Of a stretch of 64,000 nucleotides of DNA, positions 50,570 through 63,800 are shown piece after piece. A program made the position numbers and the translations under genes. The notes beneath the pieces were generated by a model. It worked only from the letters and a program-made list of their open reading frames with translations. It did no database searches and had not been told where the DNA came from. The stretch is from Zygnema circumcarinatum SAG 698-1b (Eukaryota; Plantae; Zygnematophyceae). How positions within the stretch are numbered: position 1 is the stretch's first letter; every line of letters starts with the position of its first letter. The stretch is taken from assembly GCA_037447605.1 (NCBI GenBank), contig CM074810.1, positions 496,001 through 560,000 of the forward strand, read 5' to 3'.

Positions 50570-50790
50570 CTGTCACGTCACGAGTGCTGTCCCGTCACGT
50601 TGTGTCACGGCACGTCACGTCACAATTATCGATACGACGATATCGTATCGCATTTTTCGTATTTTTACGGATCGAGATATTTCTTTTATTGTATCGAGAT
50701 ATCACGAGATATGTCGTGTTTTTACCGTTTATCATATATAGACACGTGACATGACATGACGTGACGTGACGTGACGTGACGTGAGCCAAT
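50570..50790. promoter_or_regulatory. Divergent promoter (DPP IV / RRM gene) with TATCGATA palindrome and tandem TGACG repeats
   Basis: TATCGATA at 50627-50634, several GATATC/CGATA motifs, and (TGACG) repeated about five times at ~50757-50783. Confidence 0.4.
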
Positions 50791-50839
50791 GAGCCATACA
50801 GCTTTCTTCGGGAACCATCCTCCGCCCTTCTCTCTCTCA

Positions 50840-50871
<32 letters not shown>

Positions 50872-51078
50872 GTCTCGCACACACACACACACACACACAC
50901 AGTGGCGGGCCAGGTACACACATTGCTTTGCTGTGCTTCATTGAGATGCCTCCCTCGGTGATCTGACAGCTCGCAAGCTCACTCCAGTGGTAGGGTTAGG
51001 GTTAGGGTTAGAGTTAGACTTAGGGTTAGGGTTTGGACTCCCCACTTCCTCCCTCGGTTGGAGGGGCCTTCTTCTCCG

Positions 51079-54000
51079 ATGGGGGACCGCACGATATATG
51101 TGGGAAATGTTGCGGCGGAACTGAACGAACTGACGCTCCATGCGCTCTTCGCGCACTGCGGGACAGTCACTCAAGTCCGCCTCGCAGGGTGCGAGTCTCC
51201 CTCTCTCAGCCATGGCTGCTGGGATGCGCGCGTCTTCTTAGAGAATTTGATTTGCAGCAACCAATGGGGGTTCTGTTTTGTTTGATTACAAGTTCAAGAT
51301 TTTTGGGTCACAGAGAGAGAGAAGGGCAGAAAAGGGTGTGGAGTGAGGGGAAGAGAGAGAGGGCGAGAGAGAGAGAGAGAGAGACGGAGAGGGAGAGACG
51401 GAGAGGGAGAGAGATGTGCACATCTGACAGCTGGTGGCGGAGCGGCGCAGAGACCCGAGCTTCAACGCGCGGTTTGCGTTTGTTGAGTTCGCCGAGGCGA
51501 GCATGGCCCACACCGCGTGCCTGCTCAGCGGCCTCACCATCGCCGACCGCCCGCTCAAAATCTCAATGTCTAAGGGCTCTTCCGCCAGCACGCCCGCATC
51601 GCCTGTGGGCCCTTTCTCCTCACATTCGCTGACGGGCTTGGAGGGGGAGGGAAGGGGAGGGAGGGGGAGGAGGAGGAGGGAGGGAGAGGAGGGGGAGGAG
51701 GGGGAGGGAGAGGGAGGAGGGGGAGGAGGGGGAGGGAGGGGGAGGAAGGGGGAGGTGGGGGAGGGACGGGGAGGTGGGGGAGGGACGGGGAGGAGGGGGG
51801 AAGAGGGAGGGGGGAGTGGCTCTGGAGTTTAGTTTTGGCCTTTTAAGGATTCACATTTGGTTTTCGTTTTCTTGTTTAACGTTTTTCCCGTTTAATTGGT
51901 GTATTTTGGTCTTTGTAGGCTTTGAAGTTTCGGAGTTTCGGTGTTTTTAGCCTAGCCTTGTTTTGAATTCTGTGTGTTTTGCTTTGTTAAGGGTTTCCAA
52001 ATTTTACCCTAAGCGTAACCCTAACGTTAACTTCAACCAAACCGAACCCAAGTCTAACTTCGATTCTAGGCCTTCTTCTTACCTTAAACCTGATCCCATC
52101 CCCCTAATTCCAACCTCCCTCGCTCCCTATATCCCTCCCCTACACGCACTCTTCCCTCTGTTGTCCTATTTCTCCCTCTCCAACACTTACTCCTACCTCA
52201 ACCTCAGCCTAACCTTAACTCTGCCTCAACCTAACTCTAACCCAAACCCTTTTTTCGGGGGAATTATTTCACCTACCCCTATTCCTTAACCTTACCCCAA
52301 TTCTACCCCAACTCCCATACAGAATGTGCAATTACCTTCACGAGGAGCGAATTATGGAACTGGTTTCGGTTCAGGAGGGGGAGCTACAAAGCGGCAAGAC
52401 CCGGATCGAATCGCTAAAACCATTCATATTGGAGGAGTAGATTCTCAGGTACCTTCTAGAAATCCAAAAATCCCCCAAATTCTCAAACCGTAAAATCGTG
52501 AAACCCGAATTCCTCTATTTCCAGAAGCTTATTATCTAATCAACAACCAATTAATTAACTAAAGCAGTTAAAAGAAAAAAACCTCAAAATTAATTTAAAG
52601 TTTGAGCGTTGTTCTGTGAATGTAAGCAGGTTTCTGAGGTGCATCTAGTGCAGTACTTCAGCGTGTGTGGACCCGTCGTGGGTGTGCGCATATCCGGAGA
52701 GTCTAGTCCGCGCTTTGCGTGGGTCGAGTTCTCGTCGCGAGAAGCGGCGCTTGCAGCACTCAGTCTCGACGGACAGGAGCTCGGGAGCCAAACTCTCAGG
52801 TGAGGGAGGAGAGGGAGGAGTGGGAGGAGAGGGAGGAGTGGGAGGAGAGGGAGGAGAGGGAGGAGTGGGAGGAGAGGGAGGAGTGGGAGGAGTGGGAGGA
52901 GAGGGAGTGGGAGGAGAGGGAGGAGTGGGAGGAGAGTGGGAGGAGAGGGAGGAGTGGGAGGAGTGGGAGGAGAGGGAGGAGTGGGAGGAGGGGGAGGGGT
53001 GGGAGGGGTGGGAGGGGCGGGAGGAGTGGGAGGCGTGGGAGGAGAGGGAGGAGTGGGAGGAGTGGGAGGAGTGGGAGGAGTGGGAGGAGTGGGAGGAGTG
53101 GGAGGAGAGGGAGGAGTGGGAGGAGTGGGAGGAGTGGGAGGAGTGGGAGGAGAGGGAGGAGTGGGAGGAGTGGGAGGAGTGGGAGGAGTGGGAGGAGTGG
53201 GAGGAGTGGGGAGGAGTGGGAGGAGTGGGAGGAGAGGGAGGAGTGGGAGGAGAGGGAGGAGAGGGAGGAGTGGGAGGAGAGGGAGGAGTGGGAGGAGTGA
53301 GAGGACTGTGAGCAGTGGGAGGAGTGGTAGGAGTGGTAGGAGTTGGTGAGCAGGTGGAGGAGGGAGGAGTGGGAGGAGAGGGAGGAGTGGGAGGAGTGGG
53401 AGGAGTGGGAGGGGTGGGAGGAGTGGGAGGAGTGGGAGGGGTGGGAGGAGTGGGAGGAGTGGAGTGGGAGTGTTGTGGGAGGAGTGGAAGGGGTGAGAGA
53501 GTTGGGATGAATGGGAGGGTTGTGGGAGAAGATTTTCTGGAATTTGCTTTGGACGAGCAGACACTAGTTGTGGGCTTGAATGGATGTTGGTAATGTTGGT
53601 GGTGGTCCTTGTTCTGAGCTTGACCTTGATGTTGATCTTGATCTTGATCTTGATCGGCCTTTGTATTGGGTGAACTTTAACCTCAGATTGGCCATGATCT
53701 TGAGGTCGGTCGTGATCTTGGTTGCTGGCCTTGATATTGGGTTTTGGTGATTTTGAGGTTGATGTTAATCTTGGTGTTGATGTTGATGTTTACTTGAGAT
53801 GGGTTGGATTATCTGCAGAATAAGTCCAAGCAAATCAGCAATTCAGACAAACGCGCTCGTGACATTGCTTCCGCGAACGAAGCAGCAGGAAATCGCTTCT
53901 ACTGTGCACGTTGGAGGGGTACCTCCAACGGTAGGTGGGAGAGGGGAGGGAGAGGGAGAGGGAGGGAGAGGGGAAAGGTGTTAAGCTTGCGAATGAGAGG

Positions 54001-55443
54001 AGAGAGGGGTATTCGAAAGCAGGAGGGAGAGAGAGGGGATGAGAAGGGCGGCGGGAGAGGAGGGAGAGCCTAGTGTGTGGAGGAAAAAATATTTTCTCGC
54101 AAAACTTGTAAATCCCTCACTGGGTTTTTGCATTTTAGGGATTTTTGCTGAATAATTGTTTACCGTTTCTATGTCTTACAGCTCAAGAGTGACCATTTTT
54201 TCCAATGTTAAATTAGTCATTTTCTTACGGAAGTCAAAGGTTCTGGTTATTAACCAAGAAGGTTTAGAAAGTATGTAGTTTTAACTGTTCCGTTATTAGC
54301 ATCCACAATGTATTGAAAGAAAAAGGGATTTTACGCACCTCGAAAGCCCTATCTATAATTTTCTTTTTCTCTCTTTTTTTCGAATGCGCCGAGTCTATTT
54401 CAAGCAGACTTCGGAGGAGGACCTTCATCGGTTTTTTAGCTCAAACTGCGGAAAAATTCGAAGATTAGCAATTTCAGGAGATAATTCCCAAGTAACCCGA
54501 GCGGCGTTTGTGGAATTTGAATTACCTTTGGGAGCTGCAATGGCGTTAAATCTCGCAGGAACTCCGTTCAACGGAAGTACGTTACGGTGAGATAGAACAG
54601 TTCTCTCTCCCTTATGAGACTCTTTTAAAATGTAATCCCTCAATTTCTTGTCACTAAATATTCCGTTTCCACATTTCTGCAGGGTCACGCGTGCGAAGAC
54701 CCCCATGCAGTCTCCCTCTCCCTCGTCCCCTCCCTCTCTCTCTGACGCACACACTCCCGCAACCTCTGCAAATGCAGTTCCTCTCCCTTCCCCTCCCTCT
54801 CCCACTCCTCCTACCCATTCCTCCAACGGAGCTACAACCATTATAGAAATTGGGTCCACATTTGAGCCTCCTCCCTCTATCGATAATCCGGCTCCTACTT
54901 CCGTACCAATTAATTCCAATTCTAGCCCTATATCCCTAGCAGGCCCCTCCCCCTCACCTTCTAGCTACCACTCAGAGCCCAGAAAAGTAAATTCTGAGTT
55001 TTGGGGAGATGTGAATACGAGTGTGGAATATCCGCCCGCGTCAAGTCCTCGTTCACACGATGCGAACACGGCTCCGAATTGTCCTGCTCCGTCGATCACT
55101 CCTGTGGCAGAGGGAGAGGAGACGGAGGGAGAAGGCCAACCGGCAGGGTGGGGAGAATTTTCCAAGGAATCGTCGTATTATGGTAACGGTTTTCCATTAA
55201 ACTGCTCTTTATTTATGTTTTTGAGTTTCTGGAATTTTCCCTTCTGTCTTTGGCTATCAATGGGCCTACTTTTTTGTCGTTTCCAGAGCGGGAAAACCAC
55301 TGGAAAATGGGTCTGTTCTGAAATGTAGGACTATCATGTCTCTGCTCTATGTGGGGTTCTACGTTGCAGTCACGGACGTGCAGGGCAATAAGCGGACATC
55401 GGAGGACTATCCGCAGAGTGACAAGCGGCAGCGATGGGCGTAG
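51079..55443 (+). CDS. RNA-binding protein with three RRMs (CID/SRSF11-SREK1-like RRM type)
   Basis: RRM1 RTIYVGNV...RFAFVEF; RRM2 DPDRIAKTIHIGGVDSQ|...RFAWVEF; RRM3 STVHVGGVPPT|TSEEDLHRFF...AAFVEF; followed by a Pro/Ser-rich tail. Last exon probably 55369-55443 (...DKRQRWA*). Confidence 0.85.
52801..53470. repeat. Intronic (GGAGGAGTG)n 9-bp degenerate minisatellite
   Basis: Dozens of GGAGGAGTG/GGAGGAGAG units directly after the donor site; this explains the EEW/PTP/LPL pseudo-ORFs. Confidence 0.9.
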
Positions 55444-57106
55444 CGAATGTACTTTCTCTCTTTCTCTCTCTCCCTCCCCNNNNNNNNNNCCCCTCCCTCC
55501 CTCTAAAGTCTACGCCTTCCCCGGCTGGGCCCGCTCGCCGCCCAGCCATGGCCCTGCCTTTGTCTCTCCTGTACTTTGCTATACCCCATTTTTCAGACCC
55601 CATTTTTCCATACCCCATTTTCTATTCTCCATCTCCAGTCCATTGTCCAGACCCCATTTCCCAACTCCATAATTCTTTATATGAGTGCGGCACTTGTGGA
55701 CCTTTCGGCCCAACGTCATCTAGAATGGAGGGAGGGAAGAGGAGGAGAGGAGAGAGGAGAAAGGAGAGAGGAGAAGAGAGGAGGGGGTGGGGGGACTATG
55801 GGGGTATATGCGGGGGTTTCGGGGTTAGGGGTTTTCTAAGTTTCAAGGTCATGAGATTTAGCGGTTTGCCAGGGCGGGGCCATTTTCTAGGGTTAGGGAT
55901 TTTGGCAGCATGTGGAGCAGAAGCAGGCGTAGCATTCAAGTAAGGTTTGAAGGGGTTGTGGGAAAGCCAATTCCTCCAATAAAACTCCGCCCTACAAAAC
56001 CCACTTTTTTTTGTGAAGGAAACCTAGTTGTTGAAAAGCCTCGTTTGAAGAAACCCAATATTGGAAATCGCCATTTTGGGGACCCCAGTTGTCCTCCGTT
56101 TGTTTCCATGTCCGGGGATTAGTCTGGGATGGATTTAAACAGAACTGAAGCACATGTGATGGGTAGTAGGCGATCGCGTGCGACGCTCTCGGCAAGGTTG
56201 TAAGTCACGCTCCTGCAATAGCACATGAAAACGCTAATTTCGTCACGCTCGTGACTACATGGAGTTTGCACATGTGGCCACTCTTTGCTCGAGTAAACCC
56301 AGATTTTTTTTGGCAAAAGCGTGGCAAACAGCGGAGCGTGTACATAGGTGGAAACGGCAGTTTTTAGGCTGAATTGTCAGGGAAGGCGACATGACCGATC
56401 TTTATTCAGGTTGGTGCAAAAACGGAAACTGAAATGATGAAATCGTTCTGACCTCTCCCCTCCCTTTCCCTCTCCCTACCTCTCCCCAACACAACAAACG
56501 TGCAGTGATGTTCGGTACATTGTATGTTGTTTGACGTTGACTTCTAGCAAAGCCCATCGTTTTGTGGCGGACAGGACAGCATTTGAAGTAAAGAGCATAA
56601 TTTGTATGTCTGCCACCCTAAAAGAAAAGAGCAAAAAACATCCGTGAATTTCATCGTAAGGATAAAATTTCAAAAATAATTACAAACGTTAACAGCTTTC
56701 AAAACTAAACTCTAAAACTACACCTGAAGTGCTAGGCCTGTGAATGTCACAAGGTTGGTGGCGCCTGCACACCTCTGTTTCTGTGGCAAGTTCGATGATG
56801 GAAAGTTCAGTTTTGGGACTAGCTGCAGTCGCAACTAATAATAACACAGTAACTGGAACAGTAGCTGTAATTACAAAGTTCAAAATCTGCTTCTAACTGT
56901 CTCGAAAGAAACTGTCACAAAAAATCCGTTGAGTCCGTTACTGTTGTGTTTTTCCTCCTCGTCCCTCTCCGCCTCCTCCTCTCGCCCTTCACATCTTCCT
57001 CGCTTCCCAGTCGTCATTCGACCAGTGATGTATTACACAGCAGTGTCACAATAGCACATTACATTAAAATTATTACTTAGTTCTATTTTCTTTTAAATTT
57101 TGGGGG

Positions 57107-59992
57107 TCAGACCGAATTCTCGGTCCGTGCTTCAGGAAGGAAATAAGGGTCGCCCGTCCACCTCGACGAGTCAAACTCAACATTCAAACCCCAATTGTTC
57201 CTCTCCTGAGCACATGGAAACTTTCAAAACCGTCTGAGTTATCTCGGAAAAAGTCACTGCAGAGGTCAGTCAGACTGCACCTGACGAACGGAAAATATAA
57301 AAAGGTACTCAAATGAGAAGCGACATCGAACTCACCCTTTATGCTATAAAAAAAAAAAAAAAAAAAAAAAGAAATGAAAACAAGCGTAAATTAAGAGCCA
57401 GTAAACCAAGTACAGGAATTACAGGAACAGGGTCAGGGAGGCAAGAATTTTACCGCATCCCAAGTTCCCCCGCAACCGATCAACAAAAGGAGCACCATTT
57501 CAGAAAAGACTCCAATCATGGTCCCCCCCCAAAGGCCCTGCGTGACGTGACATGGCATCACATCAAACAACAGTTAGCAGGAAAAACCAGTCCCAATGTA
57601 TGCCCTTGTACTGTGCTCATTCTCAATGTAACGGAACGAAACGGATAAGAAGCAAGCGTTAGCAAGAGGTGAATCTTCTCCAAAGGATGCTGGGGAGTCT
57701 ATAGCTTCCATAATCTTAAGTTTTGCAGAATTTGACGTTTGAAGTTTAGGGTTTGGAGGTGCACCTTTGCTCCTTGCCTCCCGAAAGTGGCGAGCAGCAG
57801 CCCCACTCCTAGCGCCACCACCCAACGGCAGATCGCGCTCACTAATGCCACAGTGCGGTGCCGTTTGCATCCTTGCAGCGCTCCTGTTGGTCCACCGCAA
57901 CAGGAAACAAATAAGTGCCTATAAATACACTCTCCCACGACATGCTTTATATGCTTCCGTGCACGCCTATGCACACACATGTTTGCGTCAATCACATCTC
58001 CGGGCACTCTTTCCCCATCTACGTGTTACGTCATCACCATTAACTTAATAACTAACTCTTCCCTTCCTCCCTCCCTTCCTCCTTCCCTCCCTCCCTCCCT
58101 CCCTCCCTCCCTCCCTCCCNNNNNNNNNNCCTCCCCCCTTCCCCTTCCTCCCTCCCTCCCTCCCTCCCTCCCTCTCTCCCTCCCTCGAACCCACCTTGCA
58201 AGGGCCGCACTACGGCGTCCATGGCCCCTGTGAGCGCGACAAGCGGCACGACGGCCATGAGCGAATCCACGAGGAGGCGGCGGTGCGTGAAGACATCGAC
58301 CCACACTCGGCGGCTCAGCGAGAGGACCGCTCCGAGGGAGCTGCCCGTTATGAGGGAGAGCCCCAAAGCGACCTCCATTGAAAATTTTGCGCCGGAAACG
58401 TTGCCAATGCGGAGCTCTTCGGTGACACGAAAGCTGATTTGTGGTTGGAAGGAAGAGCAAGGGGAAAGGTGAGAATGTTGGCAACGATCAGAATGTGAAG
58501 GGAGAGGGGATTCGCAAAGTCTTTCCTTTTTGTGTTTTTTTTTTGTTTTGTGAAGGCGGAATTGGGGATTACGTTAGTTGATGATTTGGGGTGATGAGGC
58601 GTACCTGGTCGCCACTTTGAATCCCTCCGAAAGCATGAAGAACAGGGAGCCCGTGTATACTCTGCAGATTGAGAAATGGAAATTTTGAGTGATCAGCATT
58701 TTGAGGAAAAGGACGATCATAACGATGCTGACAATAAGGACAGCTATGAATGACGATGTGGTCGATTAATTTTTGAAACAAATTCTCAGCTGAGTTTGAA
58801 AAAATGTGAAGATTTATCCATTGAACTTACGCCATCGCGATCATCGTAACTTGACTTTCGGAACTCGGCATCGCTCCTGCAAGAAGGATGGTGATCTCCA
58901 ACGGCCACACCTCCACACTGCGCGAACAAAACATGGTTAAAACAAAGGGGCAGTTTCAAAAGACATTTTTTCATTCGCAGAACATGACATGCACGAACAT
59001 GTACCAGGGTACTACACTTGGTATCACATTTCCTCTCTCTCCCCTCCTCTCTCTCTCTCTTCCCCTCCCCCCCCTCTCTCTCTATCCCCCCTCTCACCCT
59101 CTCTCTTCCCCCCTCCTCTCTTTCTCTCCCCCTTCTCTCTCTCCCCCTCTCTCTCCCTCCCCCTCTCTCTCCCTCCTCTCACCCTCTCTCCCCCCCTCCT
59201 CTCTTTCTCTCCCCCTTCTCTCTCTCTCTCCCTCCTCTCTTTCTCTCTCCCTTCTCTCTCTCTCTCTCCCTCCTCACACCCTCTCTCTCCCCCCCTCCTC
59301 TCTTTCTCTCCCCCTCCTCTCTCTCTCTCTCTCTCTTCCTCCTCTTCCCCCCCTCCCCCGGCGATGGGTCTGTGCCGAGAGACGTGACCCCCACATTTTT
59401 CTTCACAATAAAACCATCCTTCATATCAGTTGAATGTTGAAAAAACTCACCACGTTTGGAAGAGCGACGGCAACCCAACATCGAGAAATACCCATAATCC
59501 GTCAAAGAAATTGGTGTCCATAGGAATCGTGAGAGATGTATAGAATTGATTGAAGTTGAGTCCGAGGAGGACGAGCAGGTGCAGACTGTGAGTGCAGACC
59601 AACGCCAACGCGGCTCCTTTGACATCGAGGTTCAACCTGAGAAAAAAAAAAAATGGATGAATTTTAGAATGTGAGTCTATTGAACTACTGGAGTCAAACT
59701 TGAACAATGTTCCAGTAAGGTCTTGAAATAAATTGCTTACAATGTGGGTTTTTTGGGTCTATACTGTTTTGGGGATCGTTAGGGTCCTACAGAACAAGAC
59801 CTTGCTGTTCTCCTTGTTCAGCAAAAAATGTCTTTCTTATAAGCTGTGCTTTCGTTGTTCCCTTACCAGTGAACGAAAATAACGGAGAACGCGATGTGGA
59901 GAAGTAAAACGGCAACAGCGCATGTCCCCCATATGGCGCTCTTTCCCCGAGCCTGGAACCCATTTCCCAAAGATGAATAGAGAAAGGAGAAT

Positions 59993-60025
<33 letters not shown>

Positions 60026-62336
60026 TTCCCTGTATCTCTCTATCTCTCTCTTCCTTCACTTCTCTTTTTCTCCCTCTCTCTCTCCCTCTCCCCCTCTCCC
60101 GATCTCCCCACCTCTTTCACTCTCTCCCTCTCCCCTCCTTCTTTCTCTCTCTCTCTCTTCCTTCACTTCTCTTTTTCTTCCTCCCCCTCTCTCCCCACCT
60201 CTTTCACTCTCTCCCTCTCCCCCCCCCCTCCCTCCCTCCCTCTCTCTCTCTCTCGCCATCCAATCCCTTGCACACATCCACTCCTCACCTGATTCAACTT
60301 CGACACCGGCGCCGCAATCGCATTCAGATAGAGCGCCGGCAGCAAGTACCCCGCGAAGCGCCCTGCGTGGTGCGCAATGCTCGCGGTCTGCCCGAAGCCG
60401 AGCAGGACGCGCTCCATGTTCCACCACACGAGGGCGGAGGGCGCGCACGCGACCACGGCCACAAGGAGCGCGGGCCGTACGAAGAAGAGGGCGGACCGCC
60501 CCCCCTCCTCCTCCTCCTCGGGGGGGCCCTTCTCGCTCGCCCTCGTCTTGGGCGCGCCCTCGTGGCTCAGAAGGAGGGAGAGCGGCCGCATGAGCCCGTT
60601 CTGCATGCACGCATGGACATCAGCTTACATACATGGGGAGATGGGGACATGGGACATAGGGACATAGGGACATGGATACATGGGTACATGGGGACATAGA
60701 GACATGGATACATGGGGACATAGGGACATGGATATATAGGGACATGGGGACATGGATACATGGGGACATGGGGACATGGATGATATGGAGAGGGATTGGG
60801 GACGACGGAATGTTTGAAAGTGAGGAGTGAGTGCAGGAGAGGAACAGGGTGGGGGGGGGGAAGGGCAGGGGCAGGGGCCACAGGGAGAGAGGGAAGGTGA
60901 TGCTCAGAGAGAAGGACGGAGAGTGGGGGAGGGGATGGAGGGAGACGAGTGGGTGGTGGGATTGATAATGGGGGAAGAGGAGGAGAGGGGAGGAAGGGCG
61001 GAGGAGGAGAGAGCAGAGGTGGGAGAGAGAAAGTAGTTGCAGAGGAGGAAAGAGTGATAAGCTGAGAGCGGGTGGAGACGGGGAGGAAGGGAGAGAGGGA
61101 GAGGTGAGAAACTTGATGGAGAGATGAAATGAGTGAGAGAAAATAAAGGGAGACACGATAGAGGAAGAGCGGAATACAGCGGAAAAGAAGAGAAACATGG
61201 AAAGGTCCGGAAGAAAGAGAAATCACAAGCGTGAGACAGGAAGTGAGGGAAAAATGGGAGTCGTGACGGGGAGGTTGAGAGAGAGAAAGCGATAAACAGA
61301 GATATGTCGAGAGAAAAAGCAAACGAGTGAGAGAGAAAGAGGCAGAGGGAGGCAGTGAGAAACAGAACAATAGAGGAGGGGAGAGCGCGCGCCAGTGAGA
61401 GAAAGAGAGCGAGTGAGAGCAAGAGTGAGAACGAGCGAGGAAGAGAGAGAGAAAGGAGAGAGAGTGAGAGAGAGATAGAGGGAGAGGGAGAGGGAGAGGG
61501 AGAGGGAGAGGGAAGGGAGAGGGAGAGGGAGAGGGAGAGGGAGAGGGAGAGGGAGAGGGAGAGGGAGAGGGAGAGGGAGAGGGAGAGGGAGAGAGACCTG
61601 AATGGAGAAGGCCGTAATGTTGGCCATGCTCACAGCCATGGCCACCCCCGCCAGCTGTCCCAATCCGAGCGGCGCACAGACCCCCAAAGTGACAAGTGTC
61701 CACGCCGACTGCCACGCACCCGCCCTCTCACTCGCAAGGAATAAGAAGGAGAGGAGGGAAGGAGTGAACTGGATTGAAGGATTGGAGAGTTCAAATAAAA
61801 CCAACCCCTTGTTCATTCCGTTAATTCGTCTCCATTTGGTTAAAAGTGAATTATATCTCATTTCATAGTTTTCTTCATTCATTAAAAGATAACATTAAAA
61901 TTTTAAAATTCTCGAATTAAATGCTCTCTTCATCATCCTCCTCCTCCTTCGCTTACCTCCATTGTTTCCCTTTTTTTTAACCCTCAAAATTCCCCAATTC
62001 CCAACTTCATAATGAACCCTTCTCTAACTTACCTATCTTAAAACGCCTACTCTTGAATTCCCCCCATTTGAATTCAGTCCCAAACCCTAAACCCTAACCC
62101 CCCCTCACCTGCAACCCCAATGACGCAACGTGGGTGATCCCAATCCCCCACAGACTCTGCGCCTCCTCTTCCAATGTCCGCACAACATTGCCCCCCTTTG
62201 TGCCCCCACCGCCATGCACTGGCAATGCAGCCACTCCCGGATAGACATGTGTCACCACCACAGGCCCCTCCCCGGCCGCCATGGCTCCCATCTTCGCCAC
62301 CTCCCCCTCGCGGACGGAGCTCTCCCTCTCTCCCAT
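57107..62336 (-). CDS. MATE family efflux transporter (divergent), ~10 exons
   Basis: QLAGVAMAVSMANITAFSIQ; VWWNMERVLLGFGQ...AGRFAGYLLPALY; KGAALAL; GLPSLFQTCVEVWPLEITILLAG; FRVTEELRIGN; GALQGCKRHRTVALV; GLWGGTMIG. The terminal exon (57107-~57205) is tentative. Confidence 0.85.
60640..60785. repeat. Intronic CCATGT-based tandem repeat (sense strand of MATE)
   Basis: Plus strand GGGACATAG/GGACATGGAT units, which read CCATGTCCC on the sense strand. Confidence 0.8.
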
Positions 62337-62399
62337 GGCTGCTCTCTGCGGGAGGGAGACGCCGGGAAGGGGAGCATAAAGAGACAGAGGGATGCCACG

Positions 62400-63210
62400 T
62401 GACAGAACCTGATTGGGTGTGCGAGGTTGGTGCCGATGTGGCAGACGCTGATTGGCAGGGAGCAGGTCGGTGGGCGAGCGGCTCCGAAAGCCGACAAAGT
62501 ATTGCCACGTGTGATCATATGATTGGACGAAGTTTACTTATGATGACGTGGCGGGTTTTGGTTCGCTAATGGAGTAGGGCGTTAGGCAGGGCTCGCACTG
62601 GCGGGAAGTTCGTATTCTCGATTCGGTACATCAAAGCGATCTATTTCTGGAAAAACATGGTATTGATTCTTTGTTTGTGTGCGAGGTCGCAGCGCCGACG
62701 CCTCTGATTGGCTGAAAGCGGCGCGACCGAAGGCGCTGATTGGTGAATTTTCGTTGACGTGGCAGAATTTTGTCGGTAGCACGTTTTCTTGACACTTGCC
62801 AGAAACCACTCCCATTGGCTCTCTATCTCGCACAACTTCCAATGAGAACACGCCACGTCATAATTTCCACGTGTCATTTTTTGATTGGATAACACTAGCC
62901 GTTTTTCGGTAGGCAAGAAGAACTCAAAAATTTCGGTTTGCCAACCTGCAGAAAAATTCAAATTGTAAAATATTATTTTTGTGGGAAATTATTTTCACAG
63001 TGTCAAATTTCTTTGTATTTTTAATTAAAAAAATGGACGTTACGGAGAAAAAATCACCCATACAAACTGGTGGCCATTCTGGTTTTCCAGTTTTTAAGGC
63101 AGGTTTGTTGCTCTAGTGAGGGGGTTAAATGCGATAGGCGCCAGCTGGCGCTCGCCGATTGGCTGTATAACTTCCCACACGTGTTACGGCGCAACGCGAT
63201 TGGCTGTCAG
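62400..63210. promoter_or_regulatory. Cluster of CCAAT-box (GATTGG) and ACGT-core motifs upstream of MATE
   Basis: About eight GATTGG motifs (several as CTGATTGG) plus multiple CCACGT/ACGTGG motifs within 800 bp. Confidence 0.45.
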
Positions 63211-63299
63211 GATCTGCGCGCGCGCGCGCGGCTGAAGTCCGAAGGCTCGAGGAGAACAATGTTGTTGTTGCTTAGGATGGTGTTTTTCGCCAGCTTTTC

Positions 63300-63800
63300 T
63301 AAACTCTAAACCCTGAACCCTACCGTTCACTCTAAATCCTAACCCTAAAACCATGAACCCTGCCCTAAACCCTAAACAAGCCCTACCATAAACCCTAAAC
63401 CCTAAAGCATGAACCCTTAAACCCTAAGCTCTGAACCCTAAACCCTAAAAACTAAACCCTGTACCCTAAACCCTAAAACCTGGACCCCACCCTAAACCCT
63501 AAACCCTAATCCCTAAATCCTAATCCCTAAATCCTGGACACCACCCTAAACCCTAACCCCTAAACCCTGAGCCCTAAATCCTGAGCCCTAAATCCTGAGC
63601 CCTAAACCCTGAACCCTGAACACTAAACCCTAAAGCCTGTGCCCTAAACCCTAAACCCTGAACCCTAACCCGAAATCCTAAACCCTACACCCACCCCTAG
63701 ACCCCTAGACCCTGAACCTATAACCCGAACCCTAAACCCTAACCCTAAACTTCAACCCTAACCCTAAACCCTAAGCCCTAAACCCTGGGTTTTAGGGTTT
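63300..63800. repeat. Degenerate Arabidopsis-type telomere-like array (CCCTAAA/CCCTGAA)n
   Basis: About 480 bp of 7-bp AAACCCT-based units, ending in a short switch to GGGTTTTAGGGTTT. Confidence 0.85.

Noticed and set aside
63781-63800. CCCTAAA-to-TTTAGGG inversion as a telomere fusion scar
   Set aside because: The inverted side is only about two units and similar short inversions occur elsewhere (5470-5510); too weak to support a fusion.
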